Shown here piece by piece: positions 1 through 12,157 of a stretch of 64,000 nucleotides of DNA. The position numbers were made by a program, and so were the translations under genes. This stretch comes from Mustelus asterias (Eukaryota), in assembly GCF_964213995.1 (NCBI RefSeq), contig NC_135809.1, forward strand, positions 47,120,001 to 47,184,000, read 5' to 3'. Every line of letters begins with the position of its first letter. Positions within the stretch are counted from its first letter, which is position 1. The notes below the pieces were generated by a model. The model was not told where the DNA came from. It was given only the letters and a program-made list of their open reading frames with translations, and did no database searches.

Positions 1-218
1 ACAGCAAGTGGGAAAACCGGCGTTTAGCCAACTGATGGCAATGGAGGGATTTCGCACCGCGGAGTAAACTTTTGAAGTCACAGGATTCACACAGGATTGC
101 TGGCAGGCAGCCTCTGGTTCACTTGTCCACCATCACCTCAGCATGATAATGATGGGGCGCTACCTTTAAAGACTGCCCCAGCGCTCACAAACCACTTCTC
201 CTTGGTCGACAGCAAGTG

Positions 219-2285
219 ATGGCTGCAAGGAAGGCTGCCTCAAGGTTCTCCGATACCTCTCTCGCAAGACTGCTGGATGTAGTGGAGGTGTGACGTGATA
301 TTGCATACCCACGCACAGGGAAGCCAGCTGGTAGGGACGCCAACCCAACCATAGGAGGTGGTGGCGGCAGTCGTCAGCAGAAATCCATTGCAGAGAAGGA
401 CAGGCAGGGTAAGTCACTCTTCTCATCACTCTCAACTCATACACCCGCAGATCTATCACACAAATCAACAGGGATCTCACTCACTGCCAGCTCAATGGAT
501 ACCAGCATTCATTCTCCCACATACATCTTCATCGCCCCTCATCACCTCGCAGCTCTCACTCACCATCCACACATTCTAGGCATCCTCATTATCTACCCTT
601 GCACGCGTCCTAATTACACTCTCTCCATCTATTTTCTATTGCAGGATAAGCTGGCTTACAGCAATAAGGAGAGATCCCAGACTGGTGGAAGGATGCCTGA
701 GATAAAAATCCTCATGGACTTCGAGGAAAGAGCCATCCAGCTGTCCGGGGAGGATGTCGACTGATTCTGTGCTGACCAAGTGAGGATCAGCACAGCATCA
801 TCCATCAAATAATAATCCCATGAATCATTTCTCCTGTTTCTAAAGGCCCCTACCATGCACTAATGAACTCTCCTTTCTTTTGCAGGCACATCTGGGAATT
901 AGCACAGGATGTCCTCTAACCAGGTCCAAGGATCCAACTCCTCAACCAGCACAGATGATTTCTCAGATGTTGAGAATGAACATCCATCACTGTTTTTACC
1001 CATACCCTCCACTAACTCAGAGGCACACCGCCAGTGTAGCCCAGTTCCAGTCGAGCCTTGGGGGTCATGATGTGGTGAGCATTTTACCATTTTGGTTGTA
1101 AGTGGTGGGCGGACATGAAGCTGGGAGTGTTTCAGATCCAACTTTTAGACCCGGTCCCATACGCACTCTGCCTGCAAAAATATCAGTGATTCCGAATCGT
1201 GCTGACAAGCCTGTGGGCGAGGCTTAACATGCCCGAAACCCTGCAGCTCCGATTGGTGCCTCCAACTGCACATCCGCAGACAAAAAATAGTGATAGAATG
1301 TGGCTCCCCTGCCACATTGCTCCCGGGCCGGATATTTCTCCCCCTGGCCCCCACAGACATTGCCCTACCCGTCCCCAACATTACTGGCCCCCTTATCCCC
1401 CCGCCCCCTCCACCACCCAGACCGATCGCAAGCCTCTCCCCACTTCCCCCTCACTGATCTCAGGCAGAGTGGCAGCGGACCCGCCTTTCCCCCCCCCAAC
1501 TGATCTCAGGCAGAGTGGCAGCGGACCCCCTTTCCTCCCTTCCCCCCCACCAATCTCAAGTGGAGAGCCGTCGGATCCACCTCCCCACCCCCACTGATCT
1601 CAAGCAGAGAGCTGTTGGACGCTCGGCACTTACCTCCTCACTCACTGGAGCGCCCGAATCAGACTTTTGTGGAGCATGTCTGTTTCGCGCAGATTCTGGA
1701 TGGGCAAACTTGATGGTAAAGGGGCTAGTGCTGGTAAGGTTGTGCGCGCAGCCCATTAAGTCATTTTAAATGCATGAAAATGCATTTAAATGGCCGTCGC
1801 GCCTGTTTTGCGCACGGTCCCGATCGTGGCTATTTTTGGGCCTTGGTAAAGGGGGAACCGGCGCGAAGGCGGGCACGGATCGCACTACTCGCTTCACGCC
1901 CGACTTCACCACGTTTTCGCACCTAAAACGGGCGCAACTTGAAGGTAAAATCGGGCCCTCAGAGTCACAGCAGGTGGAAGCAAGAATGTCTCAGGGTGTC
2001 AACACTTGGAGGATTACTTGAGGCTAGCAATCTTCTGAGCCCCTGTTAGGTGTTGAGTCTCTGGACTTGGTCATGCCTCCTTTGCTGGAGTTCCAAAGGC
2101 CACATTGGGAACATTAGGAAGGGGTGTCAGCGACATTACTCAGATTGAGAAACAGAATGGGGGAATCCCAGAATGGAGGTGATTGTGCTGACACTCCAAC
2201 ATAATGAGGTCAACACAGCGAGGGTGGTGGCCGCCATGGAGACCTTGGTGCAAGACCTTTGTCCTGCACTGCTGCAGGACGTGCC
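219..2285 (+). pseudogene. Decayed spliced Myb/SANT-like (Harbinger ORF2-type) gene relic
   Basis: ATG at 219 gives MAARKAASRFSDTSLARLLDVVEV*RD...VAAVVSRNPLQRRTG. GTAAGT donor at 409, TTGCAG acceptor ending 644, then DKLAYSNKERSQTGGRMPEIKILMDFEERAIQL. Further acceptor ~885 and coiled-coil-like remnant ~1960-2285. Contains stops and frameshifts. Confidence 0.7.
1081..1958 (+). mobile_element. Harbinger-type MITE copy 1 (left TIR eroded)
   Basis: ATTTTACC... to ...GGTAAAATCGGGCCC. Homologous along its length to 26687-27712 and 19270-19687. Internal ~43 bp tandem repeats. Confidence 0.8.
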
Positions 2286-3045
2286 AGGCACCTCAGTTAA
2301 TGTCTTCTTCTCTCCTGCCTATGAACCAGAAAAATGATCACTAGTTCAACAGGCTCTATCTCACCTTCACTCTCCTCACTGCAATATCAAAGTGAGAGAT
2401 TTGATGATTAACATTTGTCTCGTAAGATTCATTGTTTGACCAATAATTTTGGGTAGCTGCCTCTCAAAGGTCAGTGATTCATGTTCTGGCCATCACATGG
2501 ATGCCCAGACCTTCAGTCGCTTGCTGTATAGACAAGACCCCACACCAGCCTTGCCTCACACATGACTGAGTGGTCACAGCTTTGGCCACTCTCTCATCTC
2601 AGGCACAGGCATTATCCCAAGCTTCACTGCAATGCCTTGCAATCCAGTCTATTGTTGGGGGGGTGCATTTGTCAAAACACACCTCAGCACACAGCAAACG
2701 GTTCAGTGCACTGTCCAAGCGCAGTGTGCCATCACCAACTGTTTAAGGGAATGTATTTGTTTGTGCAATTGGCTAATGGTGCAGGGAAACCATAATCAGT
2801 CAATGATTTTGGAGGTTAGCATGCCAAGGGTTAAATGCTAAGTGGCAATCAGTGGTATTCACACACATAATTGGTGCTTGAGTGGGGGTAATTGTGTGAG
2901 AAGTTAGGCTCAAGGCAAGTCAATTGAGTTACAGCTGATCATACTCAGCTGCAATGAAAGTGGAGTATGACATGTCTTTCCATTAGACTTTCCCCTTTAA
3001 AGCACTTCCAGCTGCTGCGCCACCACTCTCCCCCCCCCCCCCCCC

Positions 3046-3324
3046 TCCTGGCTTGGGTCACTGTCTGTGTGGAGTTTGCACGTTCTCCCCATGTCTGCAT
3101 GGGTTTCCTCCGGATGCTACGGTTTCCTCCCACAGTCCAAAGGTGTGTGTGGGTTAGGTGCATTGGTCATGCTAAATTGCCCCTCAGTGTCCTGGGATGC
3201 ATAGGTTAGAGGGATTAGTGGGGTAAATATGTGGGGTTACGGGGATAGGGCCAGGGTGGGATTGTTGTCGGTGCAAACTTGATGGGCTGAATGGCCTCCT
3301 TCTGCACTGTAGGGATTCTATGAT
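3046..3324 (+). mobile_element. HE1-like V-SINE, 5'-truncated
   Basis: V-domain GGAGTTTGCACGTTCTCCCC...GGTTTCCTCCCACAGTCCAAAG and CR1-type tail GAATGGCCTCCTTCTGCACTGTAGGGATTCTATG. Confidence 0.85.
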
Positions 3325-3684
3325 CTCCAAGTCATGCCACCTCACTCCCGAATCATTTTCTGGCACCCCCACCCTTTCCCCCAAAATACCAGGATCTGCT
3401 CTGTGAGTGCAGCACTCCCCACCAAGGTCTGTCCACCAGGTTCATGTCTTTTGAAACCAGTCGTGATTTGCGCCATTGTGATATCACGCCACCGTAGGTG
3501 AACCTTTTGACGCGGGGAGTGATTCCTGTGTAAAGACTCGATAACAAGATAAAAATGAATGGAACGAGATTCCTAACATTGCATGGTGGGAAATGTAGCC
3601 GTCACTGATGGGTAGAGGGGTTGATCGTGGCAAGCTTTCCCGCTGAGGTAAAACACAAATTTGGCCTTCTCACGATACTTTCCA

Positions 3685-4227
3685 CTCGGCCAAGGAAATA
3701 TCAGACATGCTGAACAATTACTTTGTTTCAGTATTTCCAGTAGAGAAAGAAATCAGCATGCCAGACATTCCAAAGAAACTAATGTTAAAATCAGAGATAG
3801 CGACTCACCAAAATTAACATAAGCAAAATAAAGGTGAAGAAAATACCAGCACTTAACAGTAACAAATCCACAAGTCCGGATAGTGTCCATCCTCAGGTCT
3901 TAAAGGAAGTAAGTGAGGATATTATAGAGGCCTTAACTATAATTTTTCAAAGTTCTCTCGATTCAGGGAAGGTTTTCTTAAGATTGCAAAGGTGCTCATG
4001 TCACTCCACTGTTTAAGAAAGTTGAGAGAGGGAAATCTCGGAATTATAAACCAGTTAGCCGAATATTTTTTGGGGAAAATTGCAAGATCATTAATTATGG
4101 ATAGGGTGGCTAAACACCTTGAATATTTTCAGCTAGTCAGAGAGAGCCGGTATGGATTTGTAAAGGGTAGATCATGTATGATGGACCTGATTGAACATTT
4201 TGAAGAGGTCATTAATTTAGTGGACAG
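3685..4227 (+). mobile_element. Old CR1 LINE ORF2 fragment (continues at 9546-9856)
   Basis: KSTSPDSVHPQVLKEV...YGFVKGRSCMMDLIEHFEEV..VD, resumed after the LTR by YMDFLKAFDK...KFADD. Confidence 0.8.
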
Positions 4228-4316
4228 TGTGATGATACTATGCCTTTAAGAAATGTGTTTTATCACATTTCTTGTGAGGGATATGTTTAAAATTCAGCTC
4301 TATTTTACACAGTGCC

Positions 4317-5645
4317 AGAGACAGGAGGTATGTGCATTTAGAACGGAACAATCTCATTAGTGACAGACAGCATGGTTTTGTAAGAGGGAGGTCGTGCCTT
4401 ACAAGTTTGGTGGAGTTTTTTGAGGAAGTGACAAAAACGGTTGATGAAGGAAGGGCCGTGGATGTCGTCTATATGGATTTCAGTAAGGCATTTGACAAAG
4501 TCCCACATGGCAGGTTGGTTAAGAAGGTTAAGGCTCATGGGATACAAGGAGAAGTGGCTAGATGGGTGGAGAACTGGCTTGGCCATAGGAGACAGAGGGT
4601 AGTGGTCGAAGGGTCTTTTTCCGGCTGGAGGTCTGTGACCAGTGGTGTTCCGCAGGGCTCTGTACTGGGACCTCTGCTATTTGTGATATATATAAATGAT
4701 TTGGAAGAAGGTGTAACTGGTGTAATCAGCAAGTTTGCGGATGACACGAAGATGGCTGGAATTGCGGATAGCGAAGAGCATTGTCGGGCAATACAGCAGG
4801 ATATAGATAGGCTGGAAAATTGGGCGGAGAGGTGGCAGATGGAGTTTAATCCGGATAAATGCGAAGTGATGCATTTTGGAAGAAATAATGTAGGGAGGAG
4901 TTATACAATAAATGGCAGAGTCATCAGGAGTATAGAAACACAGAGGGACCTAGGTGTGCAAGTCCACAAATCCTTGAAGGTGGCAACACAGGTGGAGAAG
5001 GTGGTGAAGAAGGCATATGGTATGCTTGCCTTTATAGGACGGGGTATAGAGTATAAAAGCTGGAGTCTGATGATGCAGCTGTATAGAACGTTGGTTAGGC
5101 CACATTTGGAGTACTGCGTCCAGTTCTGGTTGCCGCACTACCAGAAGGACGTGGAGGCATTGGAGAGAGTGCAGAGAAGGTTTACCAGGATGTTGCCTGG
5201 TATGGAGGGTCTTAGCTATGAGGAGAGATTGGGTAGACTGGGGTTGTTCTCCTTGGAAAGACGGAGAATGAGGGGAGATCTAATAGAGGTATACAAGATT
5301 ATGAAGGGTATAGATAGGGTGAACAGTGGGAAGCTTTTTCCCAGGTCGGATGTGACGATCACGAGGGGTCACGGGCTCAAGCTGAGAGGGGCGAAGTATA
5401 ACTCAGACATCAGAGGGACGTTTTTTACACAGAGGGTGGTGGGGGCCTGGAATGCGCTGCCAAGTAGGGTGGTGGAGGCAGGCACGCTGACATCGTTTAA
5501 GACTTACCTGGATAGTCACATGAGCAGCCTGGGAATGGAGGGATACAAACGATTGGTCTAGTTGGACCAAGGAGCGGCACAGGCTTGGAGGGCCGAAGGG
5601 CCTGTTTTCCTGTGCTGTACTGTTCTTTGTTCTTTGTTTGTTCTT
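4317..5645 (+). mobile_element. Young 5'-truncated CR1 (HER1-like) LINE with 409-aa open RT C-terminal ORF (4332-5561)
   Basis: QHGFVRGRSC, YMDFSKAFDKV, GVPQGSVLGP, FADD, RPHLEYC; (TTCTTTG)n tail. Confidence 0.95.
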
Positions 5646-5845
5646 ATGTCTGGTCAACAGGCAGCTCAAATGTTGAGAATGCAGGATAATCATAGAATCA
5701 CAGAATCGCAGAAACCTAACTGATTTTAGTTAAGGCTGTGTTTGTTTAAACAGGGTTAATGCATTTGTGTTTACTTTGGTTTCTCTTGGAGTTTCAGAGT
5801 AGGGTGTTGATTTCGTTCAGTGACAAGAGACAGAGTCATGTGCTA

Positions 5846-7240
5846 ATAAGAACATAAGAACGTAAGAAATAGGAGCAGGAGTAGGCCATCTGGCCCCTCA
5901 AGCCTGCCCCACCATTCAATAAGATCAAGGCTGATCTTTTCATGGACTCAGCTTCACTTACCCGCCCGCTCACCATAATCCTTAATTCCTTTACTGTTCA
6001 AAAATGTATCTATCCTTGCCTTAAAAACACTCAATGAGGTAACCTCAACTGCTTCACTGGGCAGGGAATTCCAGATTCACAACCCTTTGTGTGAAGAAGT
6101 TCCTCCTCAACTCAGTCCTAAATCTGCTTCCCCTTATTTTGAGGCTATGCCCCCTAGTTCTAGTTTCACCCGCCAGTGGAAACAACTTCCCCGCTTCTAT
6201 CTTATCTATTCCCTTCATAATCTTATACGTTTCTATAAGATCTTTCCTCATTCTTCTGAATTCCAATGAGTATATCCCCAGTTGACTCGGTCTCTCCTCA
6301 TAAGCCAACCCTCTCAACTCTGGAATCAACCTAGTGAATCTCCTCTGCACCCCCTCCAGTGCCAGTGTACCCTTTCTCAAGTAAGGAGACCAAAACTGTA
6401 CACAGTACTCCAGGTGTGGTCTCACCAGCACCTTATACTGCTGCAACATAACCTCGCTGTTTTTAAACTCCATCCCTCTAGCAATGAAGGACAAAATTCC
6501 ATTTGCCTTCCTAATTACCTGCTGCACCTGCAAACCAACTCCTTGAGATTCTTGCACAAGGACACCCAGGTCCCTCTGCACAGCAGCATGCTGCAATTTT
6601 TTACCATTTAAATAATAGTCCATTTTGCTGTTATTCCTACTAAAATGGATGACCTCACATTTACCAGCATTGTACTCCATCTGCCAGACCCTCGCCCACT
6701 CACTTAGACTATCTATATCCCTTTGCAGACTTTCAGCGTCCTCTGCACACTTTGCTCTGCCATCTTAGTGTCATTTGTGAATTTTGACACACTACACTTG
6801 GTCCCCAACTCCAAATCATCTATGTAACCAATTGCTGTCCCAACACTGATCCCTGAGGCACGCCACAAGTCACTGATCGCCAACCAGAAAAACACCGATT
6901 TACCCCCACTCTTTGCTTTTTGTTAGTTAACCAATCCTCTATCCATGCTAATACATTACCTGTAACACCCTGCACCTTTATCTTATGTAGCAGTCTTTGG
7001 TGCGGCACCTTGTCAAATGCCTTCTGGAAATCCAGATACACCATATCCATAGGTTCCCCATTGTCCATTGCACATGTAATGTTCTCAAAGAATTCCTCCA
7101 AATTAGTCAAACATGACCTTCCCTTCATGAACCCATGCTGCGTCTTACTAATGGGATAATTTATATCCAGATGTCTCGCTATTTTTTCCTTGATGATAGT
7201 TTCAAGCATTTTCCCTATTACAGAAGTTAAGCTAACCGAC
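5846..7240 (-). mobile_element. CR1 LINE, 5'-truncated, frameshifted
   Basis: ORFs 6820-7209 and 6054-6680 with CR1 RT motifs; (ATGTTCTT)n tail. Confidence 0.93.
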
Positions 7241-7452
7241 CAATGGGAGGAGCTAAGCTTGCAGGGATGACAAACAGTTTCTCTTTTATTTTAAAACAGT
7301 CAGTTTTCTGCCTGGTCCTGAAGGAAGCAAGAGGTGTCTTTCTGTCTCATGCTCTCTGGAGGCTACTGTTTGGGGCTGTCAGAAGACAGATGTCTCTCTC
7401 TCTCTCTCTCTCTCTCCAGAGGTGTTTAAAAAGCTCTGGGACTGTTAAGAAG

Positions 7453-8687
7453 ATGTGGAGATGCCGGCGTTGGACTGGGGTAAACACAGTAAGAAGTCTC
7501 ACAACACCAGGTTAAAGTCCAACAGGTTTATTTGGTAGCAAAAGCCACAAGCTTTCGGAGCGCTGCTCCTACGTCAGGTAAGTAGGAGTTCTGTTCACAA
7601 ACAGGGCATATAAAGACACAAACTCAAATTACAAAATAATGGTTGGAATGCGATTACAGGTAATCCAGTCTTAAAGGTACAGACAACGTGAGTGGAGAGA
7701 GGGTTAAGCACAGGTTAAAGAGATGTGTATTGTCTCCAGCCAGGACAGTTAGTGAGATTTTGCAAGCCCAGGCAAGTCGTGGGGGATACAGATAGTGTGA
7801 CATGAACCCAAGATCCCGGTTGAGGCCGTCCTCATGTGTGCGGGACTTGGTTATCAGTCTCTGCTCAGCGACTCTGCGTTGTTTTGTGTCGTGAAGGCCG
7901 CCTTGGAGAACGCTTACCCGAAGATCAGAGGCCGAATGCCCGTGACCGCTGAAGTGTTCCCCAACAAGAACAGAACTCTCTTGCCTGGTGATTGTCGAGC
8001 GGGGTTCATTCATCCATTGTCATAGCATCTATATGGTCTCCCCAATGTACCATGCCTCGGGACATCCTTTCCTGCAGCGTATCAGGTAGACAACATTGGC
8101 TGAGTTGCAAGAGTATGTACTGTGTACCTGGTGGATGGTGTTCTCACGTGAAATGATGACATCCGTGTCGATGATCCGGCACGTCTTGCAGGGGTTGCTG
8201 TGGCAGAGTTGTGTGGTGCCGTGGTCACTGTTCTCCTGAAGGCTGGGTAGTTTGCTGTGGACAATGGTCTGTTTGAGGTTGTGCGGTTGTTTGAAGGCAA
8301 GAAATGGGGGTGTGGAGATAGACAAGTTCCACACACATGAGGATGGCCTCAACCGGGATCTTGGGTTGATGTCACACTATCTGTAACCCCTACGACTTGC
8401 CTGGGCTTGCAAAATCTCACTAACTGTCCTGGCTGGAGACAATACACATCTCTTTAACCTGTGCTTAACCCTCTCTCCACTCGCATTGTCTGTACCTTTA
8501 AGACTTGATTACCTGGAAAGACTCGCATTCCAACCATTATTTTGTAAATTGAGTTTGTGTCTTTATATGCCTTGCTTGTGAACAGAACTCCCACTTACCT
8601 GATGAAGGAGCAGCGGTCTGAAAGCTAGTGGTTTTTGCTACCAAATAAACCTGTTGGACTTTAACCTGGTGTTGTGAGACTTCTTAC
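7453..8687 (-). mobile_element. Penelope-like element: GIY-YIG endonuclease fragment flanked by inverted pseudo-LTRs
   Basis: NVVYLIRCRKGCPEAWYIGET and VGEHFSGHGHS...E...GLN motifs. ~7489-7830 is inverted relative to ~8325-8687. Flanking duplication ACTGTTAA(G/C)AAG. Confidence 0.9.
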
Positions 8688-8914
8688 TGTTAACAAGTAC
8701 AAGCACATAAGCCTGTGTGTTGCTAACTGACTTTGCAGAGGGATTTTAAGTCTATCAGAGGAATGTTGCTTGAATTGGAACTCATAGGGATAGGTTAGCA
8801 GTTAAGAGTTGTATCTTGTCATGTTTATATATTGTGCAATAGGCAACTGTTAAGCTAATTCATTTGTCATAGTTAGACTGTATTGTTAAATAAAGTGTGT
8901 TTTAATAAAAGCTT

Positions 8915-9435
8915 CCTCATGTGACTCTTACCAGCTTTTACAGATGCACCACAGAAAACATTTTTTCTGGTTGTATCACAGCTTGGTATAGCTCCTGCTC
9001 TGCTCAAGACCGCAAGAAACTACAAAAGGTCATGAATGTAGCTCAATCCATCACACAAACCAGCCTCCCATCCATTGACTCTGTCTACACTTTCCGCTGC
9101 CTCGGCAAAGCAGCCAGCATAATTAAAGACCCCACGCACCCCGGACATTCTCTCTTCCATCTTCTTACGTTGGGACAAAGATACAAAAGTCTGAGGTCAC
9201 GTACCAACTGACACAAGAACAGCTTCTTCCCTGTTGCCATCAGACTTTTGAATGGACCTAACCTGCATTTAAATTGATATTTCTCTATACCCTAGCTTGA
9301 TTATAACCCTACATTCTGCACTGTCTCATTTCCTTCTCTATGAATGGTATGCTTTGTATTGCACGCAAGAAACAGTACTTTTCACTGTATGCTAATACAT
9401 GTGACAATAATAAATCAAATCAAAAATCAAATCAA
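8915..9435 (+). mobile_element. Rex1/Babar LINE 3' end
   Basis: FYRCTTENIFSGCITAWY...IIKDPTHPGHSLF C-terminal motif; AATAAATCAAATCAAA tail. Confidence 0.85.
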
Positions 9436-10443
9436 TAGAATCACACCTGGAGTGAAACACCTTATCCTCACATTAATGTCAAAATAGTTGGGATCTAATC
9501 TAACTTCATAATATACCTTGGGGTTTCTGATCTCATACCCTAACAAGGGGGTATGTCCAGGCATTATGTATATGGATTTTCTGAAGGCATTTGATAAAGC
9601 CTCTCATAAGAAACAGTTAACTAAATTTGAAGCTCAGGAAATTTAATGCAAATTATTGGCTTGGATAGGAAATTGGAGTGGTGGGAAACAAGAGGGGCAA
9701 TGGGCAGGTACTCTTCATGGCAGGATATGGTTGGCAGTGCCCTGCAATAACTGCGTTGGTGCCTCAACAGTTCATGGTAATCACTGATGATGATTAGTCA
9801 GAAAATCGCATATCAAATTTGCTGATGACTTAAAGAGAAGCTACATTTTAAACAGTGTTACGATCCTGGTCGAGAAAAATAGCCTCAAAATGAATCCCCA
9901 ATCAAACTCAAAAGAACCAAAATCTTTTTAACACGTTTATTGTCACAATTAAACCTAAAATCAACAAAAATTAAACATGCATTAGCAGAAAATTGGTATT
10001 TCAGTAGAAACAATTAATTTCACTTTAAACAGTCAATATAAAAAGAGACAACTCTCTAAAATGTCTCAGCCTCTGTCGTCTGTGACAGCCTTTGGTTTGT
10101 GAGAGAATCTTTGTGTCATGGTGGTTCACATTTATGTTAAGCATCGCCTGGTGTGGCTCAGGAGCCCCATCCTTTGAATGACAGTTTCTGCCTCATTTGT
10201 TGCAGAGGAGGATGTTGGAGTAAGAAGGTAAATGATTCGTTGGCCTCTGTTTTCTCTGGGACCTCTTCACAGCCAGCTGAGCTCTTTGTTTCTGCTCACT
10301 TCTTCCAATTCCCTTCCAAACAATCATGGTCATCAGCAACTGTCTCCTACTGCTCTGCGTCAATATCCACCATCTTCAATTCTCAATTACAGGTGTCCTT
10401 GTTGCAGAGGTATGGATGCCCAGGAGATTGTGACCCTGGCCAT

Positions 10444-10855
10444 TTCTTACGTTGGGACAAAGATACAAAAGTCTGAGGTCACGTACCAACTGACACAAGA
10501 ACAGCTTCTTCCCTGTTGCCATCAGACTTTTGAATGGACCTAACCTGCATTTAAATTGATATTTCTCTATACCCTAGCTTGATTATAACCCTACATTCTG
10601 CACTGTCTCATTTCCTTCTCTATGAATGGTATGCTTTGTATTGCACGCAAGAAACAATACTTTTCACTGTATGCTAATACATGTGACAATAATAAATCAA
10701 ATCAAAAATCAAATCAATAGAATCACACCTGGAGTGAAACACCTTATCCTCACATTAATGTCAAAATAGTTGGGATCTAATCTAACTTCATAATATACCT
10801 TGGGGTTTCTGATCTCATACCCTAACAAGAGGGTATGTCCAGGCATTATGTATAT
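10444..10855 (+). repeat. 412-bp near-identical direct duplication of 9162-9573
   Basis: Same sequence, including the Rex1/LTR/CR1 junctions; only two substitutions seen by eye. Confidence 0.92.
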
Positions 10856-11114
10856 TTAGTGGCCATTTAACCATAAAGAAGATCTTTTAAGTATACAGCC
10901 ATCATCTATCTGATGAAGATGGCTGACCTAACACAGATGCTGTTGGCTTAGCAATGAGTGTATGCTGATGGAATTAGCATTCCCCAGCACAAAGTTGGTG
11001 ACTTTGTTCTGCCAAGAGGTGCTGAGGATATGTCTGAGAAGTGAAGGTGGAATCTGTTCAGCCTTTCTCCTGCCAAGCATATGTTGCCCAGGTGGACAGA
11101 GTGGTGAAGAAGGA

Positions 11115-11790
11115 CATTTGTTGGATAGAGTGGTGAAGAAGGTATTCGGCATGCTTGGTTTCATCGGTCAGAACATTGAATACAGGAGTTGGGATGTCTT
11201 GTTGAAGTTGTAGAATACACTGGTGAGGCCACACTTGGAATACTGAGTACAGTTCTGGTCACCCTATTATGGAAAGGATATTATTAAACTAGGAAGAGTG
11301 CAGAAAAGATTTACTAGGATGCTACTGGGACTTGATGGTTTGAGTTATAAGGAGAGGCTAGATAGACTGGGACTTTTTTCTCTGGAGCGTAGTAGGGTGC
11401 GGGGTGATCTTATAGAGGTCTATAAAATAATGAGGGGCACAGATCAACTAGATAGTCAATATCTTTTCCCAAAGGTAGGGGAGTCTAAAACTAGTAGGCA
11501 TAGGTTTAAGGTGAGAGGGGAGAGATACAAAAGTATCCAGAGGGGCTATTTTTTTACACAGAGGGTGGTGAGTGTCTGGAACAAGCTGCCAGAGGTAGTA
11601 GTAGAGGCGGGTACAATTTTGTCTTTTAAAAAGCATTTAGACAGTTACATGGGTAAGATGGGTATAGAGCGATATGGGCCAAATGTGGGCAAATGGGATT
11701 AGCTAAGGGGTTTAAAAAAAAAGGCGGCATGAACAAGTTGGGCCGAAGGGCCTGTTTCCATGCTGTAAACCTCAATGACTCAATGACTCT
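11115..11790 (+). mobile_element. CR1 LINE 3' fragment
   Basis: ORF 11298-11702 RFTRML...GDLIEVYKIM...FFTQRVV; CR1 3'UTR stem GGCCGAAGGGCC. Confidence 0.9.
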
Positions 11791-12157
11791 AGGTCTCACC
11801 ACTATAGAGTTGTGTATTGAGGACGCAGGCTGGGTACACTCACTGTTTGATTTTCTCAGTCAGGTTGATGTTCCACATTCTCTTACTCAGCTTGAACATA
11901 ACAGCTGCAACGTTTGCAATGCATGTGTTGATTTCAGCATCAAGTGACAGATTGATGGTGATTGTGGAGCCTTGATGCATAAAGCTATCAACAGCCTCCA
12001 GCATCGCATTGTCAGTGCTGATAGATGGTGATATGGAAACATCCTGGACCTTCTAGATGATGATGGTGAAACAAAACTCTTCACAGATGTCAGATTCTCT
12101 GTCCGTTTGTTGCTGCAGGAGTTTCTCGGTATAGAATGAGAGTGCAGCATCGTCCTG

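Larger units (their letters stand above)
4228..9545 (+). mobile_element. Gypsy (Gmr1-family) solo LTR split by four younger insertions
   Basis: Starts TGTGATGATAC, ends CCCTAACA. Pieces at 4228-4316, ~5646-5845, ~7241-7452, ~8688-8915 and ~9436-9545 are collinear with the LTR at 39863-40514. Confidence 0.75.
10070..12157 (-). mobile_element. Decayed RTE LINE fragment (interrupted)
   Basis: DDAAL...GSTITINLSLDAEIN...ACVLNTQLY and LRHILSTSWQNKVTN RTE RT motifs. Confidence 0.75.
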
